This document shows, one piece after another, positions 40,302 through 51,100 of a stretch of DNA of 64,000 nucleotides. The notes beneath the pieces were generated by a model. It was not told where the DNA came from. It ran no database searches and was given only the letters and a program-made list of their open reading frames with translations. The translations under genes and the position numbers were made by a program. Source of the DNA: Candidatus Gottesmanbacteria bacterium (GTDB lineage: Bacteria > Patescibacteriota > Microgenomatia > UBA10105 > UBA927); the NCBI GenBank assembly GCA_963701185.1, contig OY969569.1, positions 34,865-98,864 on the forward strand, in the 5' to 3' direction. Each line of letters opens with the position of its first letter. Positions within the stretch are counted from its first letter, which is position 1.

Positions 40302-40884
40302 CTTTGACAGTGAGGTTGGTGCCGTTGATTGCAAATGCAAATTGTACCGGCTTGTCAAAGGTGTTGGTGATATAGAGATTTTGCTGCGCGTTTGCGTCAT
40401 GGGTAGCGGGGTTATAAAAAATAGACACTCCGTATTCTTTCGGCACTTCCGGAATATTGGCAAAGTCATGATTGGTCGGTGCGAGTGTCCCAAGACCTGC
40501 GTCTTTGGCTGCCCAATAGATGAGGGATGCCAGATGGCATACGCCGTCGCCCGTCAAGTATCCGTCGGATTTGAACCCATCCGTATAGTTAAAGTGGGCA
40601 CGCATGGTCGCCGCAACTTTCCCTTCAAACTGCGGCAGTACGTCCTCGTGGAAGGCAAACACCTCTCCGGGGTTTAACGTAAAGCTATAGGATTTTTGGT
40701 TCATGAGGTCCAGCGTATGCAGGATGTTATACCGGAATATATCATTGACCCACGGGTCGGGATAGCGGTCGCGCAGAGAGAATGTACGCTCACTACGCAC
40801 GCTTTGGGTAGCCAGCAAATAGTCGCCGGCAACTGTTTTGGTGGTCGTGATAGCATAGATCGCGAGAGCCAATAGTGTGTTCAT
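40291..40884 (-). CDS. VanW-like protein
   Basis: LNPGEVFAF, GDGVCHLAS, NLYITN. Confidence 0.75.
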   Translation of the reverse strand: MNTLLALAIYAITTTKTVAGDYLLATQSVRSERTFSLRDRYPDPWVNDIFRYNILHTLDLMNQKSYSFTLNPGEVFAFHEDVLPQFEGKVAATMRAHFNYTDGFKSDGYLTGDGVCHLASLIYWAAKDAGLGTLAPTNHDFANIPEVPKEYGVSIFYNPATHDANAQQNLYITNTFDKPVQFAFAINGTNLTVKVID

Positions 40885-40919
40885 AGAAGCATCTAGTATA
40901 GCACACTATAAGCTACTTT

Positions 40920-41057
40920 TCAACTCCGGAGGTGCTTAAAATATTCAACCTGCCGCAGGCGGATGAGGGCTTCGGCACGGGTTTTGTATGGGCCGCCGAG
41001 AGAGTGGCGGGTTGTCTCCGATAGGACGTAGTACCCTGCTTTACGTTTGACGATCAT
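40920..41057 (-). CDS. Small basic hypothetical protein (45 aa)
   Basis: MIVKRKAGYYVLSE...LGGPYKTRAEALIRLRQVEYFKH; start overlaps the upstream stop. Confidence 0.65.
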   Translation of the reverse strand: MIVKRKAGYYVLSETTRHSLGGPYKTRAEALIRLRQVEYFKHLRS

Positions 41058-41364
41058 ACGTATGCTTTTTGACAGTGGCCAGAAGTTTTCTCTTGGTTTT
41101 ATTGGCGCGGTCAAGGATGGCAAGTTCGATATTGACCGCTGAATTATCCTTGAGGTACTGCATGAGTTTCATGTCATGGGGTGCCGCATGGAATTTCTTT
41201 AAAAAATCTTCGTGCTTTTCGCGGGGTAAGTACGTTAATATCACGTCCAATATTTCGTTCTGCAGGGTTTGATCCACAAGGTCAAGTAATTTTGGGTCAC
41301 TGCCGGCAACCGCAATAATTTCTTCAATGATGATCAGATGGTCGTAAAAAAGTTTTCCTTTCAT
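41041..41364 (-). CDS. Hypothetical protein
   Basis: Coupled to neighbours by overlapping start/stop. Confidence 0.75.
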   Translation of the reverse strand: MKGKLFYDHLIIIEEIIAVAGSDPKLLDLVDQTLQNEILDVILTYLPREKHEDFLKKFHAAPHDMKLMQYLKDNSAVNIELAILDRANKTKRKLLATVKKHTYDRQT

Positions 41365-42239
41365 GGCGTTCCTACCTTTACATTATATTCCACCGGACCC
41401 AGCGGTATCTCGTTATTCGGATCATTGACAAAAAACAGCAGAACCGGCCCTTTCTGCATATGGACATTGAGGCCTAAATACGCCATGACTTCAGGGCTTC
41501 CACCGAAGTGTTTTCCGGTAAAGTCCGCTGGCCCCGAATCGGCCACATCCGCGACAACCGTTTTGCCGTTTACGGGATTAATCACTAATACTTTCCGGTA
41601 TTTATACCAGTCCCGCAGGTAATTCAGGCGCGTTTGCCAGTCCGGCAGGTACAGCGTTTGGACCGCAACATACCATTTTTCTTTCTCGATAATATCCTGG
41701 GTGAGCTCATCCGCTGAATTGGCAAAATATCCCCACGCGCCTTTTCCGGGGGCCATATTTTCAACGACGTCGCCCGGATACCGCATAAGATGCTGTTCCG
41801 CTCCGATGAGGCCGTAACTGCGGTTCAGGCGTTCGCCCGCGAGTGTTGCAGACGCATCAATACCCCAGATGGTTTTTATTTCATTTGCAACAGCCTCTTC
41901 CTGGGCCGCAGTGAGAGATATGACGTCTTTGGGCAGAAGTGCTGCAAGTTGGTTTTTTAATTCGCTGCGCAGTTGATCGGCGGTGAGTGCCGCGATTTGG
42001 TGGAAAGGGGTGGACAACACCTGCTGGGTAAGCGGCTGGGCAAATAACATCGCCCCGGTCAACCCTACGGACGCGGCGACCTTGGCCGCATGCTGGCGTA
42101 TTTGGCCCGGCGTCATCCCGTGCTTTTGGAAAAACGTGACGGCATGAGGGTGCCGCAGGCGCAGTTTCTTTTCGCTGATTTCAGCCTGTTTCTGTAGTCC
42201 GAGGTAGAGCTTGCTGGTGTTGAGGGTTCCTTTGTACAT
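41361..42239 (-). CDS. Hypothetical protein, possible C-terminal RlpA-like double-psi barrel
   Basis: KVLVINPVNGKTVVADVADSGP motif. Confidence 0.6.
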   Translation of the reverse strand: MYKGTLNTSKLYLGLQKQAEISEKKLRLRHPHAVTFFQKHGMTPGQIRQHAAKVAASVGLTGAMLFAQPLTQQVLSTPFHQIAALTADQLRSELKNQLAALLPKDVISLTAAQEEAVANEIKTIWGIDASATLAGERLNRSYGLIGAEQHLMRYPGDVVENMAPGKGAWGYFANSADELTQDIIEKEKWYVAVQTLYLPDWQTRLNYLRDWYKYRKVLVINPVNGKTVVADVADSGPADFTGKHFGGSPEVMAYLGLNVHMQKGPVLLFFVNDPNNEIPLGPVEYNVKVGTP

Positions 42240-42279
42240 CTTGTATCAGTATAGTATAGTACGTGAGAAGGGGGAATCT

Positions 42280-42738
42280 ATGAACGGAAAAACAACACTT
42301 CTTGTTATTATTCTCATCCTTTTGGGAATCGGCGGCGGGTATTATCTGGGAGCAAATTATAAATTGACGCTGCAGCCGCAAAACGCCGCAACGACAACGG
42401 CTCCCACACCTACAGATACACCGGTAGTCGCGGCAGATGAAACAGCCGTTCTTATTGCTGCTGTCAAAACAGGGTTGGTTGCCGAGCATGGTCAAACTGC
42501 GGCAAATATGACGGTAACCGTGTCTAAAATTGCCGGTAACTTCGCCCAGGGAGGCGCCATAGATCCGGGATCCGTCGGCGGAGGAATGTGGTTTGCCGCA
42601 AAAGTCGGGAGCGTCTGGAAGCTTGCCTGGGACGGCAACGGGACAATTTCGTGTACGAGTATTAATCCCTATAATTTCCCGGTCTCGATGATCCCTGAAT
42701 GTTGGAACGACGCGACGCAGAAAATAGTGACGCGGTAA
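42280..42738 (+). CDS. Hypothetical exported protein
   Basis: N-terminal TM, PT linker, Cys pair in C-terminal domain. Confidence 0.75.
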   Translation: MNGKTTLLVIILILLGIGGGYYLGANYKLTLQPQNAATTTAPTPTDTPVVAADETAVLIAAVKTGLVAEHGQTAANMTVTVSKIAGNFAQGGAIDPGSVGGGMWFAAKVGSVWKLAWDGNGTISCTSINPYNFPVSMIPECWNDATQKIVTR

Positions 42739-42747
42739 AAATATTGT

Positions 42748-43080
42748 ATGGAACCCACATGTCCGCAGTGTCATGCAGTAGTCCGGTCCACGGATTTTTT
42801 CTGCTACAACTGCGGAAAGAGCCTGAAAGCCAAACCGTTATCCACAAGTCTTACGACGGAAATCATGTATTACGCCGGCAGTCTGCTGTTACCGCCGCTG
42901 GGATTCTGGTGGGGCTGGAAGTATCTCAAACAACCGGACGCAGCAAGCAAGCGTATCGGAATCATTTCGATCGTACTCACGGCAATATCGTTTATCGTTA
43001 CTTCAATCTGGATAGTGCAGTACATCAATGCACTTAATGCCGCCCTCGGCGGCCAACTCAACGGCATGCAGGGATTTTAG
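42748..43080 (+). CDS. Zinc-ribbon membrane protein
   Basis: CPQC...CYNCG plus two TM segments. Confidence 0.8.
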   Translation: MEPTCPQCHAVVRSTDFFCYNCGKSLKAKPLSTSLTTEIMYYAGSLLLPPLGFWWGWKYLKQPDAASKRIGIISIVLTAISFIVTSIWIVQYINALNAALGGQLNGMQGF

Positions 43081-43329
43081 ATCGGGAGGGTTTCCTGACC
43101 GGAAGAAAGAATAACTTTTTTTGCCTCTTTTTTCGTTTTCCGCTCGGCCCGCACCATTTTTTCAATCGAAAATTCCAGAAGATCGGTTTTGAGGATGACA
43201 AATACGCCCGTCCCGCCTGCCGGGATTTTTTTTGGCTTTGAGTTTTTTGGCTAATATCCAACGGCGGATGGTTCCGGGGTGCTTTTTGAGAAACTGGGCA
43301 GCTTCCGAAACAGTCAGTATTTCATTCAC
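43077..43329 (-). pseudogene. Excisionase-family HTH (HTH_17) gene with a frameshift in an A8 run
   Basis: MNEILTVSEAAQFLKKHPGTIRRWILAKKLKAKK; removing one A at 43226-43233 gives an 83-aa ORF ending TAA at 43077. Confidence 0.75.
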
Positions 43330-43357
43330 TGCCCGGCTAGTATACCATAGGAGTGCA

Positions 43358-45013
43358 ATGAAAAAAGTTTTTATTTTCCTCCTTTCCCTTTTTGTTTTCG
43401 TGTTCCCGCGCGCTGCGTACGCCTCTGGCGTAGAGCATATTCAAAGTTACGACACGAATGTTGTCATCCAAAAAGACGGGATAATACAGGTTAAAGAGCG
43501 CATCGAATATTTTTTTGATTCCCCGCGGCACGGCATATTCAGAAATATCCCCCTCATAAAAACAAATGACAGCGGCAAAAAATATGAAATGATTCTTTCT
43601 GATATATCGGTGACCGACGACAAAGGGGCGGGCTATTCGTTTACCCAAGTCAGGGAAGGGGATACGGAAGTACTTAAGATAGGCGATGCGGACAAAACCA
43701 TTTCAGGAACGCATTGGTACGTGATTTCATATACGGTTTCCGGCGCGCTCACGTATTTTCCCGGTCATGATGAGCTGTATTGGAATGCGGTCGGTAATCA
43801 GTGGCAGGTGCCAATTGGGAACGCAACAACCACGGTGACACTCCCGCAGGCGGTTGCCCGTGCTGATCTGAATGCCAAATGCGATGTGTGCAGTATGTTT
43901 TTTACGGATACGTCGGTTACGTTTACCGCAACGAGACCGCTTCAGCCGTATGAAGGCATGACCATTGCTGTCGGGTTTCCCAAAGGCATGGTCGCGGTTT
44001 TGGAGCCCAAAGAAGTTGTCCCGTTTTTTTCTACGATAGCAGGAAAAATGACGCTTGTTCTGTTGGCTCTTGCAGCCCTTTTCTGGTATCTGGTTGCTCC
44101 CTTTTTGGTTATCCGAAAATGGTGGAAGTATGGCCGCGATCCGAAACCCGCAATGGGCGAGGTTTCGGCGTGGTTTTCGCCCCCGAAAACGAAAAAATTG
44201 CGCGACCTCACACCCGCGGAAACGGGGACGCTCGTTGACGAAATCGCAAACCTGCGGGATATCTATTCGACCATCGTTGATCTTGCCCGCCGCGGCTTTA
44301 TGAAAATAATTGAAAATAAAAAAGGAGACTATTCGTTTGAGAAGCAAAAGGATTGGGATAAAGATAAAACGCTTCAGCCGTTTGAGCTTGTGTTGTTACG
44401 TGCGATTTTTGAGGGAAAGGACCGCGTCAAGCTCAAAGACCTGGATCTGCACGAAATGTTTGAAACCGTCAAAAAGAAAATCTATGAGTCAATGGTTACC
44501 GGCGGATTTTTCCCGGAGGATCCGCAGAAAATCCGTACGAAATATTACATCCTGGCAGGGTTCGCGTTTATCACCGGAAACATGATCCTGTGCATCGTCG
44601 CGGCGGTTTTCGGCACGCTCATGCCCAGAAAAACGCTGTTTGGTGCCGAACAGGCGGCCGTGGGTAGATCACTCAAGAATTTTTTGGTAAGCCAGGACAA
44701 ACAGCTCGCGTTCCAGGCGAAAAACCAGATGATGTTTGAAAAACTCCTGCCGTATGCCATTGCATTCGGCGTTGAGAAAATCTGGGCCGCGCGGTTTGCC
44801 GATTTAGGTCTTAAACAGCCCACGTGGTACGTATCTGGGTCCGGCACCGCGTTTAATACCGTTATTTTTGCCAACAATCTCGGTCGTGCGGCTGCAGTCT
44901 CGTTTGCCTCGTCTATCACCTCGAAATCCTCGTCCGGCTTTTCCTCCGGTTTCTCCGGCGGGGGCGGTTTCTCCGGCGGCGGAGGAGGGGGAGGCGGCGG
45001 CGGAAGCTGGTAA
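43358..45013 (+). CDS. DUF2207 membrane protein
   Basis: HGIFRNIP, DELYWN, DLARRG, LPYAIAFGV, Gly/Ser tail GGGGGGSW. Confidence 0.9.
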   Translation: MKKVFIFLLSLFVFVFPRAAYASGVEHIQSYDTNVVIQKDGIIQVKERIEYFFDSPRHGIFRNIPLIKTNDSGKKYEMILSDISVTDDKGAGYSFTQVREGDTEVLKIGDADKTISGTHWYVISYTVSGALTYFPGHDELYWNAVGNQWQVPIGNATTTVTLPQAVARADLNAKCDVCSMFFTDTSVTFTATRPLQPYEGMTIAVGFPKGMVAVLEPKEVVPFFSTIAGKMTLVLLALAALFWYLVAPFLVIRKWWKYGRDPKPAMGEVSAWFSPPKTKKLRDLTPAETGTLVDEIANLRDIYSTIVDLARRGFMKIIENKKGDYSFEKQKDWDKDKTLQPFELVLLRAIFEGKDRVKLKDLDLHEMFETVKKKIYESMVTGGFFPEDPQKIRTKYYILAGFAFITGNMILCIVAAVFGTLMPRKTLFGAEQAAVGRSLKNFLVSQDKQLAFQAKNQMMFEKLLPYAIAFGVEKIWAARFADLGLKQPTWYVSGSGTAFNTVIFANNLGRAAAVSFASSITSKSSSGFSSGFSGGGGFSGGGGGGGGGGSW

Positions 45014-45020
45014 ATCTGGA

Positions 45021-45070
45021 TTTTGCAACATCTTGCAACATTTTGCAACATCTTGCAACATTGTGCAATA
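45021..45070 (+). repeat. Five tandem 10-bp repeats over the fic promoter
   Basis: T(T/C)TTGCAACA x4 plus TTGTGCAATA; -35 TTGCAA 45053, -10 TAGATT 45076. Confidence 0.9.
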
Positions 45071-45087
45071 TGCGGTAGATTGAAGAC

Positions 45088-46083
45088 ATGAAGTTTCCTC
45101 CGGTATACACGTACACTCCCGAAATAAAGCAATTACTCTATGATCTGGACGTTTTGAGAGCAGGTTATGAACTTCATCCTGTACCGGCTCTCTCGGTCGT
45201 CAATCTCCGACGCGCCTCGCTTCTTAAGAGCTCGCTTTATAGCGCGCGCATAGAAGGAAACCCTCTGGATGTTGGAGATGTAGATGATGTCCGTCCGAGT
45301 GATACTGATATTCATAAAATTGAAGTTGGGAATTTGGTTTCTGCATATGAGCAATTATCAGATATCATCGGGCAGAATGTGACACTTGATACACTCAAAA
45401 AGCTGCATGCCGTTGTGCTTCGGAATATTTCGGCAGACGCCGGTTATTTGCGTACGGAAGAATCTGCAATATATAACCAGGCAGGTACTGTTGTTTATCT
45501 CACACCTGCACCGCAAAACATTCGGACACTTTTAGACGCGCTGTGTGTTTATGTGAATGCTGCAAAAGATGCTGTTCCTGTCGCTTCGGGATTGACGCAT
45601 ATCTGGTTTGAGAAGATCCATCCGTTTTTGGACGGCAACGGCAGAGTCGGAAGATTACTGTCTGCCTATATCCTCAAAAAAGGCGGATACGACTTTAGCG
45701 GACTGGTCCCGTTTGAACAGTATCTGGATGAGCACCGCGATGACTATTATCATTTTTTGGGGCAGGATAGACAGGATGTGACTAGTTTTATAGAATTTTA
45801 TCTTACTGCACTTCTTTCGCAGGCAAAAATATCGCTTAAAATCGCATACGAGTTCGACGAGTCCGGTAAACCTGACACATATGCACAGTTAATGCCCCGC
45901 AGGGCAGAAATTATGAGACTCATCGAAGATCACAAGATTGTGACGTTTGATTTTCTTGCCCGAAGATTCCGGGCAGTAGCAGTCCGCACGCTTCACAATG
46001 ATCTCTCTCAACTTACCAAAGCCGGGTTGGTACAAAAAATGGGTTCCACACGGGGAGTGTGCTACACGGTAAAAGAAAAATGA
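45088..46083 (+). CDS. Fic family protein with C-terminal winged helix
   Basis: HPFLDGNGRVGR; S..IEGN; RTLHNDLSQL. Confidence 0.92.
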   Translation: MKFPPVYTYTPEIKQLLYDLDVLRAGYELHPVPALSVVNLRRASLLKSSLYSARIEGNPLDVGDVDDVRPSDTDIHKIEVGNLVSAYEQLSDIIGQNVTLDTLKKLHAVVLRNISADAGYLRTEESAIYNQAGTVVYLTPAPQNIRTLLDALCVYVNAAKDAVPVASGLTHIWFEKIHPFLDGNGRVGRLLSAYILKKGGYDFSGLVPFEQYLDEHRDDYYHFLGQDRQDVTSFIEFYLTALLSQAKISLKIAYEFDESGKPDTYAQLMPRRAEIMRLIEDHKIVTFDFLARRFRAVAVRTLHNDLSQLTKAGLVQKMGSTRGVCYTVKEK

Positions 46084-46110
46084 GAAAATTCCCGTCTATA
46101 CTATTTATAT

Positions 46111-46281
46111 ATGGCCTACGAAGAGGGCAAAATAAGCATTGCGTTGTTTTGGATAGAGAAGTACCGGAGGTACAGGATCCGGTTCCTACGCTACAAGGGA
46201 GGTTTTATTTACAGCAAGTATTATTACCTGCCCTGGTGGATGGGAATTTTCTATAACCCCAAACCATCCCAAAAAGACTGA
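46111..46281 (+). CDS. Possible 56-aa aromatic/basic small protein
   Basis: MAYEEGKISIALFWIEKYRRYRIRFLRYKGG...; TATACT 8 nt before ATG; fills the intergenic gap. Confidence 0.45.
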   Translation: MAYEEGKISIALFWIEKYRRYRIRFLRYKGGFIYSKYYYLPWWMGIFYNPKPSQKD

Positions 46282-46296
46282 AATTCCGGCCGGGAT

Positions 46297-46968
46297 TTAT
46301 TTGCACGTCTCCGATTTTGTAAATCCCGCGGCCCGCGCCTCCGCTTCCGTACAAAACCACTCGTCGCCCTGAAATTTGAGAATTAAAACTCTGCCATAGC
46401 CCCAGCATTGAGGCAGGAAATAAATCTTTTCTCTTTGATTTGTATCATTATTGCCCTTAATTGTGCATGAAGGATTGGGAGGATCAGCTTGGGAACATTC
46501 AGAGCTGTAAATCCCGACATGGTTTTCCCGTGCGTACGTATTGGCCGCATCCATCCGTGTTTTTTGGCTTCCTCCTTCATTTCCGTATTCCCCAAATCCC
46601 GCGCGTACCATAACTTCATTAATGAGCACTCCGTTTTCATATACCAGGCTCATCACGCGGCGCCCGTACCGGTCAACCTCCGGCTCCCGCAGTTGTACCC
46701 GCTTGCCGAGGATAAGGGTGGATAGCGCCTGTTTTGCCTCTTTTCCATAGCAGTACGTGATGTCCGGCGCGTTGATGCCGTAAAGCCGGATCGGCTGGTG
46801 GTTTTCGATGATGAACGTATCCCCGTCAACAACCTCGATAACCTTTTCCCCTTTAAAGTACGGCAGGTTTCCTGCCGCCAGCGCCCCTCCGCCTATAGTT
46901 GCCGCCCCCAATGCCGCCACCAGCAACTTTTTCCATCTTGGAATTGTCCGTTTCTTTTTCCTCCTCAT
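46297..46968 (-). CDS. Thermonuclease (SNase) family protein
   Basis: VVDGDT, IRLYGINAP, DRYGR; C-terminal CTIKGN..WFCTEAEARAAG. Confidence 0.9.
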   Translation of the reverse strand: MRRKKKRTIPRWKKLLVAALGAATIGGGALAAGNLPYFKGEKVIEVVDGDTFIIENHQPIRLYGINAPDITYCYGKEAKQALSTLILGKRVQLREPEVDRYGRRVMSLVYENGVLINEVMVRAGFGEYGNEGGSQKTRMDAANTYARENHVGIYSSECSQADPPNPSCTIKGNNDTNQREKIYFLPQCWGYGRVLILKFQGDEWFCTEAEARAAGFTKSETCK

Positions 46969-47035
46969 ATCTCAAGTATATATATCCATCTTACGCCGAT
47001 TTGCAACTTTTTTCGATAGAATTTGTTGTCAAAAC

Positions 47036-47129
47036 GGCTTAGATGGGTAGATACCCGGAACAATTCCGATTGTGAAGGGTATATCCTCAGGTTTGAAAAG
47101 TGTTTTTCGCAATTGAGGGATTCTAAGCC
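47036..47129. ncRNA. Candidate structured RNA or element
   Basis: Closing stem GGCTTAGA/TCTAAGCC enclosing ATACCC/GGGTAT and TCCTCAG/TTGAGGG arms. Confidence 0.35.
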
Positions 47130-48091
47130 TAAGAGGTTTTAGAGCTATACAATTTAAAAAACGCTTCATTCATTTCCTCTTCTTTCCAACCCACTTGTCG
47201 TAATTTAACTTTTAAATCTGCCCATTTTTCTCCTACCGAAATATGGGCGGATATATATTTCATTAATTCTGGATTTGGTTGATAGTGAGATTGTTCCTGT
47301 TGAATAGGGTTGATACTTTGAGGAGAAGTTTGTATTACAGAGTCTTTTGATAATGGGATTTGTTTTCTGAGCCATGACGAAGCCACATCGACCCAATTAG
47401 GATTATTTTGACTATTAGAATTTAATGATCGGCCCAAATTTTCTTGTTCGACTTCCAGTAGTTTAATTAAATAATTTCTTCCGCATAATTGAACATTTGT
47501 ATCGTAGGCGACCTTCCGTGCAAAGCTCGTAAAATTACTATTAGTAAAAATTAGCGCATGGTCACAATGATGTACCGTTTTTCCTGTAAAGACTTCTTGT
47601 ACGGCACGCTCGTTAACATTGCCTTGCCAGCATTTTGCTTGGATCGCTGTACGTCTTCCATCTTTTATTATGATTAGATCTACACCTAGATCACCAGATT
47701 TACCAGTATGTTCAACTTGATAGCCTAAATTTTTATATAAAACCACTAACCGATTCTCAAACTCCGGTCCACTCATCTTATCGATATCAAATATTCCTGT
47801 TTTCGATAACTTATCACGCTGGTACTCTCTATAAATTAGGCGTAATACATATATTACGACGATGAGGATAATCAGAGGTAGGAGAGATGTAATGAGAGAT
47901 ACGACGCTAGCCGATCCACCAAATGCTGCAAGCAGAACAAAACCTACAAGAAGCATGGCAAGACCATTCTCGAGTGAATACTTTGAATTACGCTTATATC
48001 TACCTTGTCTAAACCAATTTTTACCGGAACCAAAGCCAAAATTGCCTAAACTATAGCCTCCAAATCCATAATTATTCCGTCTATAACTCAT
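47129..48091 (-). CDS. Membrane-anchored Mrr-family restriction endonuclease
   Basis: MSGPEFE, GDLGVDL, AIQAK; two N-terminal TM segments. Confidence 0.88.
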   Translation of the reverse strand: MSYRRNNYGFGGYSLGNFGFGSGKNWFRQGRYKRNSKYSLENGLAMLLVGFVLLAAFGGSASVVSLITSLLPLIILIVVIYVLRLIYREYQRDKLSKTGIFDIDKMSGPEFENRLVVLYKNLGYQVEHTGKSGDLGVDLIIIKDGRRTAIQAKCWQGNVNERAVQEVFTGKTVHHCDHALIFTNSNFTSFARKVAYDTNVQLCGRNYLIKLLEVEQENLGRSLNSNSQNNPNWVDVASSWLRKQIPLSKDSVIQTSPQSINPIQQEQSHYQPNPELMKYISAHISVGEKWADLKVKLRQVGWKEEEMNEAFFKLYSSKTS

Positions 48092-48171
48092 ATCTTAGGT
48101 ATAACACTTCAAGCGAATATATCAAAACATCGACTCGCGAGTGTGAGGGGAGTATAATTTGAGTTGCTTCT

Positions 48172-51100
48172 ATGCAAAATATTTTTGACGACTATATTCA
48201 ATCAATTTCCTCTAAATTTTCCCATGAAGAAACTAGTGAAATGGGATACCGCACCGATTTTGAGATCTTAATCAAGGGGATTTTTGAATCAATTAACGTT
48301 AAGCGGATAGATCACGATGCGAAAGCTCAACAAGGGAATAAGCCGGATTTTGTTGTGCTCAATCACGACGTACCAATTCTTTATATCGAAGCAAAAGATA
48401 TTGGCGTATCTTTAGATAAAGTTGAGAAGTCTGAACAGATGAGCAGGTATTACGGATACGCAAATTTAATTCTTACGGATTACGTAGAGTTTCGTTTCTA
48501 TAGAAACGGTCAACGTTATGAAGATCCCATAAAGGTAGCAAATTATAAATTAAAAAATCGAACAATTACTCCTATTCCGGAAAATTATGAACATGCTTCA
48601 AAAACACTACTCGACTTCACGCAATCACATAAAGAGCCTATACGATCTGGTAAACATCTTTCAAAAATTATGGGTGGTAAAGCTCAAAGGATACGGGATA
48701 ATGTTCGATATTTTCTTTCTAGCGAGTCAGAAAAAAATGCTGAATTAGTGCGTGTTTATGAAACTATTAAAAAACTTCTGGTTCATGATCTTACACCAGA
48801 CACCTTTGCCGATATGTACGCGCAGACTCTCGTCTATGGTCTTTTTATCGCACGTTATTATGATGACTCACCAGATAATTTTACTCGTCAGGAAGCACGC
48901 GATCTTATACCGACGTCCAACCCACTTCTTAGACATTTTTTTGACCATATAGTGGGGCCAGATTTTGATAAACGGCTTGAGTATATCGTAAATGAGTTGT
49001 GTGAAGTTTTTTCTCACGCCAATATTCCAGAGCTAATGAGGGAATATTTCAAGGTTGATCTGTGGGGTAAGACGCATACGGGTCCGGATCCAGTCATTCA
49101 TTTTTATGAAGATTTTTTGAAAGAGTATGATGATGACCTGCGTAAAAAGATGGGTGCTTACTATACGCCATTACCAGTTGTGCAGTTTATTGTGCGCTCC
49201 GTTGATTATTTGCTAGAAAAAGAGTTCGGTCTTGCGGCTGGTTTAGCCGACACGTCTAAGACGGCATCTGGTGTTCACCGTGTTCAAATTCTTGATCCAG
49301 CCGTTGGGACAGGGACGTTTATAAGCGACGTTATAGGGAAAATCTATGCGCGGATATTGAAAGGTAGACAAGAAGGGCGTTGGCCAACATATGTGCACCA
49401 TGATTTACTTCCGCGTTTGCATGGTTTTGAACTGATGATGGCGCCGTATACGATAGCACATTTAAAACTGGGTATAGCTTTTAAACAAACCGGTTTTAAA
49501 TATTTCAATCGTCGTCTCGGTATTTACCTTACAAATTCTCTAGAAGGAGGACCTATACAGGGGGAAATGTTTACAGGCTTCGGTTTTGCAGAAAGCATTG
49601 CTGAAGAGGCAAAAGAAGCTTCAAAGATAAAAAATGAAAAGCCAATAATGGTTGTTGTTGGTAATCCGCCCTACAGCATTAGTTCCTCTAATAAAGGAGA
49701 GTGGATTTTAAATCTTATTAAGGACTATAAGAAAAATTTGCACGAACGGAAAATTAACCTTGACGACGATTATATAAAATTTATTCGTTTTGCCGAGCAT
49801 TTCGTAGAGAAGAACGGAAGCGGTGTCGTGGCGATGATTACCAATAATTCATTCGTTGATGGTATTACTCACCGTCAGATGAGAAAGCATCTACTCGAAA
49901 CATTTGACGATATTTATATACTTAACCTTCATGGCAGTTCTAAGAAAAAAGAAATAGCCCCCGATGGTGGTAAAGACGAGAATGTTTTTGACATTCAGCA
50001 AGGTGTTGCTATATCGATGTTTGTGCGTAAAGAAAAAGAGAAGAAAGGTCTTGGAATAGTTCACTACTCTGAAATTTATGGAAAGAGAGATGATAAATTC
50101 AAGGCCCTTGATGAAAGTAATTTACAAAAGATTAATTGGAAAAGTCTTGATTATTCAGAGCCGTATTATTTCTTTGCGCCAAAGGATTTCAGCGCAAATG
50201 AAGAATATAAGAAAGGATTTAAATTGGCCGATCTTTTTATGAACTACAATACTGGCATACAAACCAAAAGAGATAATTTGACTATCCAATTCGATGAAAG
50301 AAGTATTGAACAGGCAAAAGACGATCTAATTAATTTAGATGACAAAGCTCTTAGATTAAAGTATCGGCTTCCTGCTGATGGGAGGGATTGGACAATAGAA
50401 TCAGCTCGTAAAGATCTTATTAAAAATGACCCAGTAGTAGAGCGCATTCTTTATAGGCCCTTCGATACAAGATATACTTTATATACAGGTAAAACTAAAG
50501 GTTTTCTTGCTTATCCAAGGTCTGAAACATCAAGACACTTAATTGGTAAAGAAAATATCTCCCTCATTACTCTTCGATTAAATGGAGAAAATGAAAAATT
50601 TGTAATTCTGCAGACAAAATATTTAATAGAAAAAGGGTCTCTTGCCTCAGGAAATTATTCCTTTTTTCCTTTATATTTATACGAAGATGGTGGATTAAAA
50701 ATAACAAATCTCAAAAAAGAAATTATCGACGAGATAGAAAAAATCGTTGGAAAAGTTTCTCCGGAAGACATTTTTGATTACATTTACGCCGTTCTTCATT
50801 CGCCAAGATATCGAGAAAAATACAAGGAATTTCTAAAAATAGATTTTCCGCGTGTGCAGTATCCGAAAAACGTCGAAAGTTTCAAAAAACTCGTTTCCTT
50901 CGGAGCAGAGTTGCGCTCACTTCACCTTCTCGAATCACCGAAAGTAAACCAATTAATCACGACTTATCCTGTGGCCGGATCAGACATGATTGAAAAGTTA
51001 ACTTATAAAGACGGCAAGGTGTTTATCAATAAAGACCAGTATTTTGGCGATGTTCCAGGATTAGCATGGAATTTCTACATCGGCGGCTATCAGCCTGCAC

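Noticed and set aside
38639-40884. Antibiotic-resistance locus (beta-lactamase-like plus VanW)
   Set aside because: Motifs support only general cell-wall-related families; there are no van genes or mobile context.
44930-45010. GC-rich GGC repeat
   Set aside because: Normal Gly/Ser tail of DUF2207 proteins.
45021-45070. Possible CRISPR array
   Set aside because: 10-bp tandem units with no spacers.
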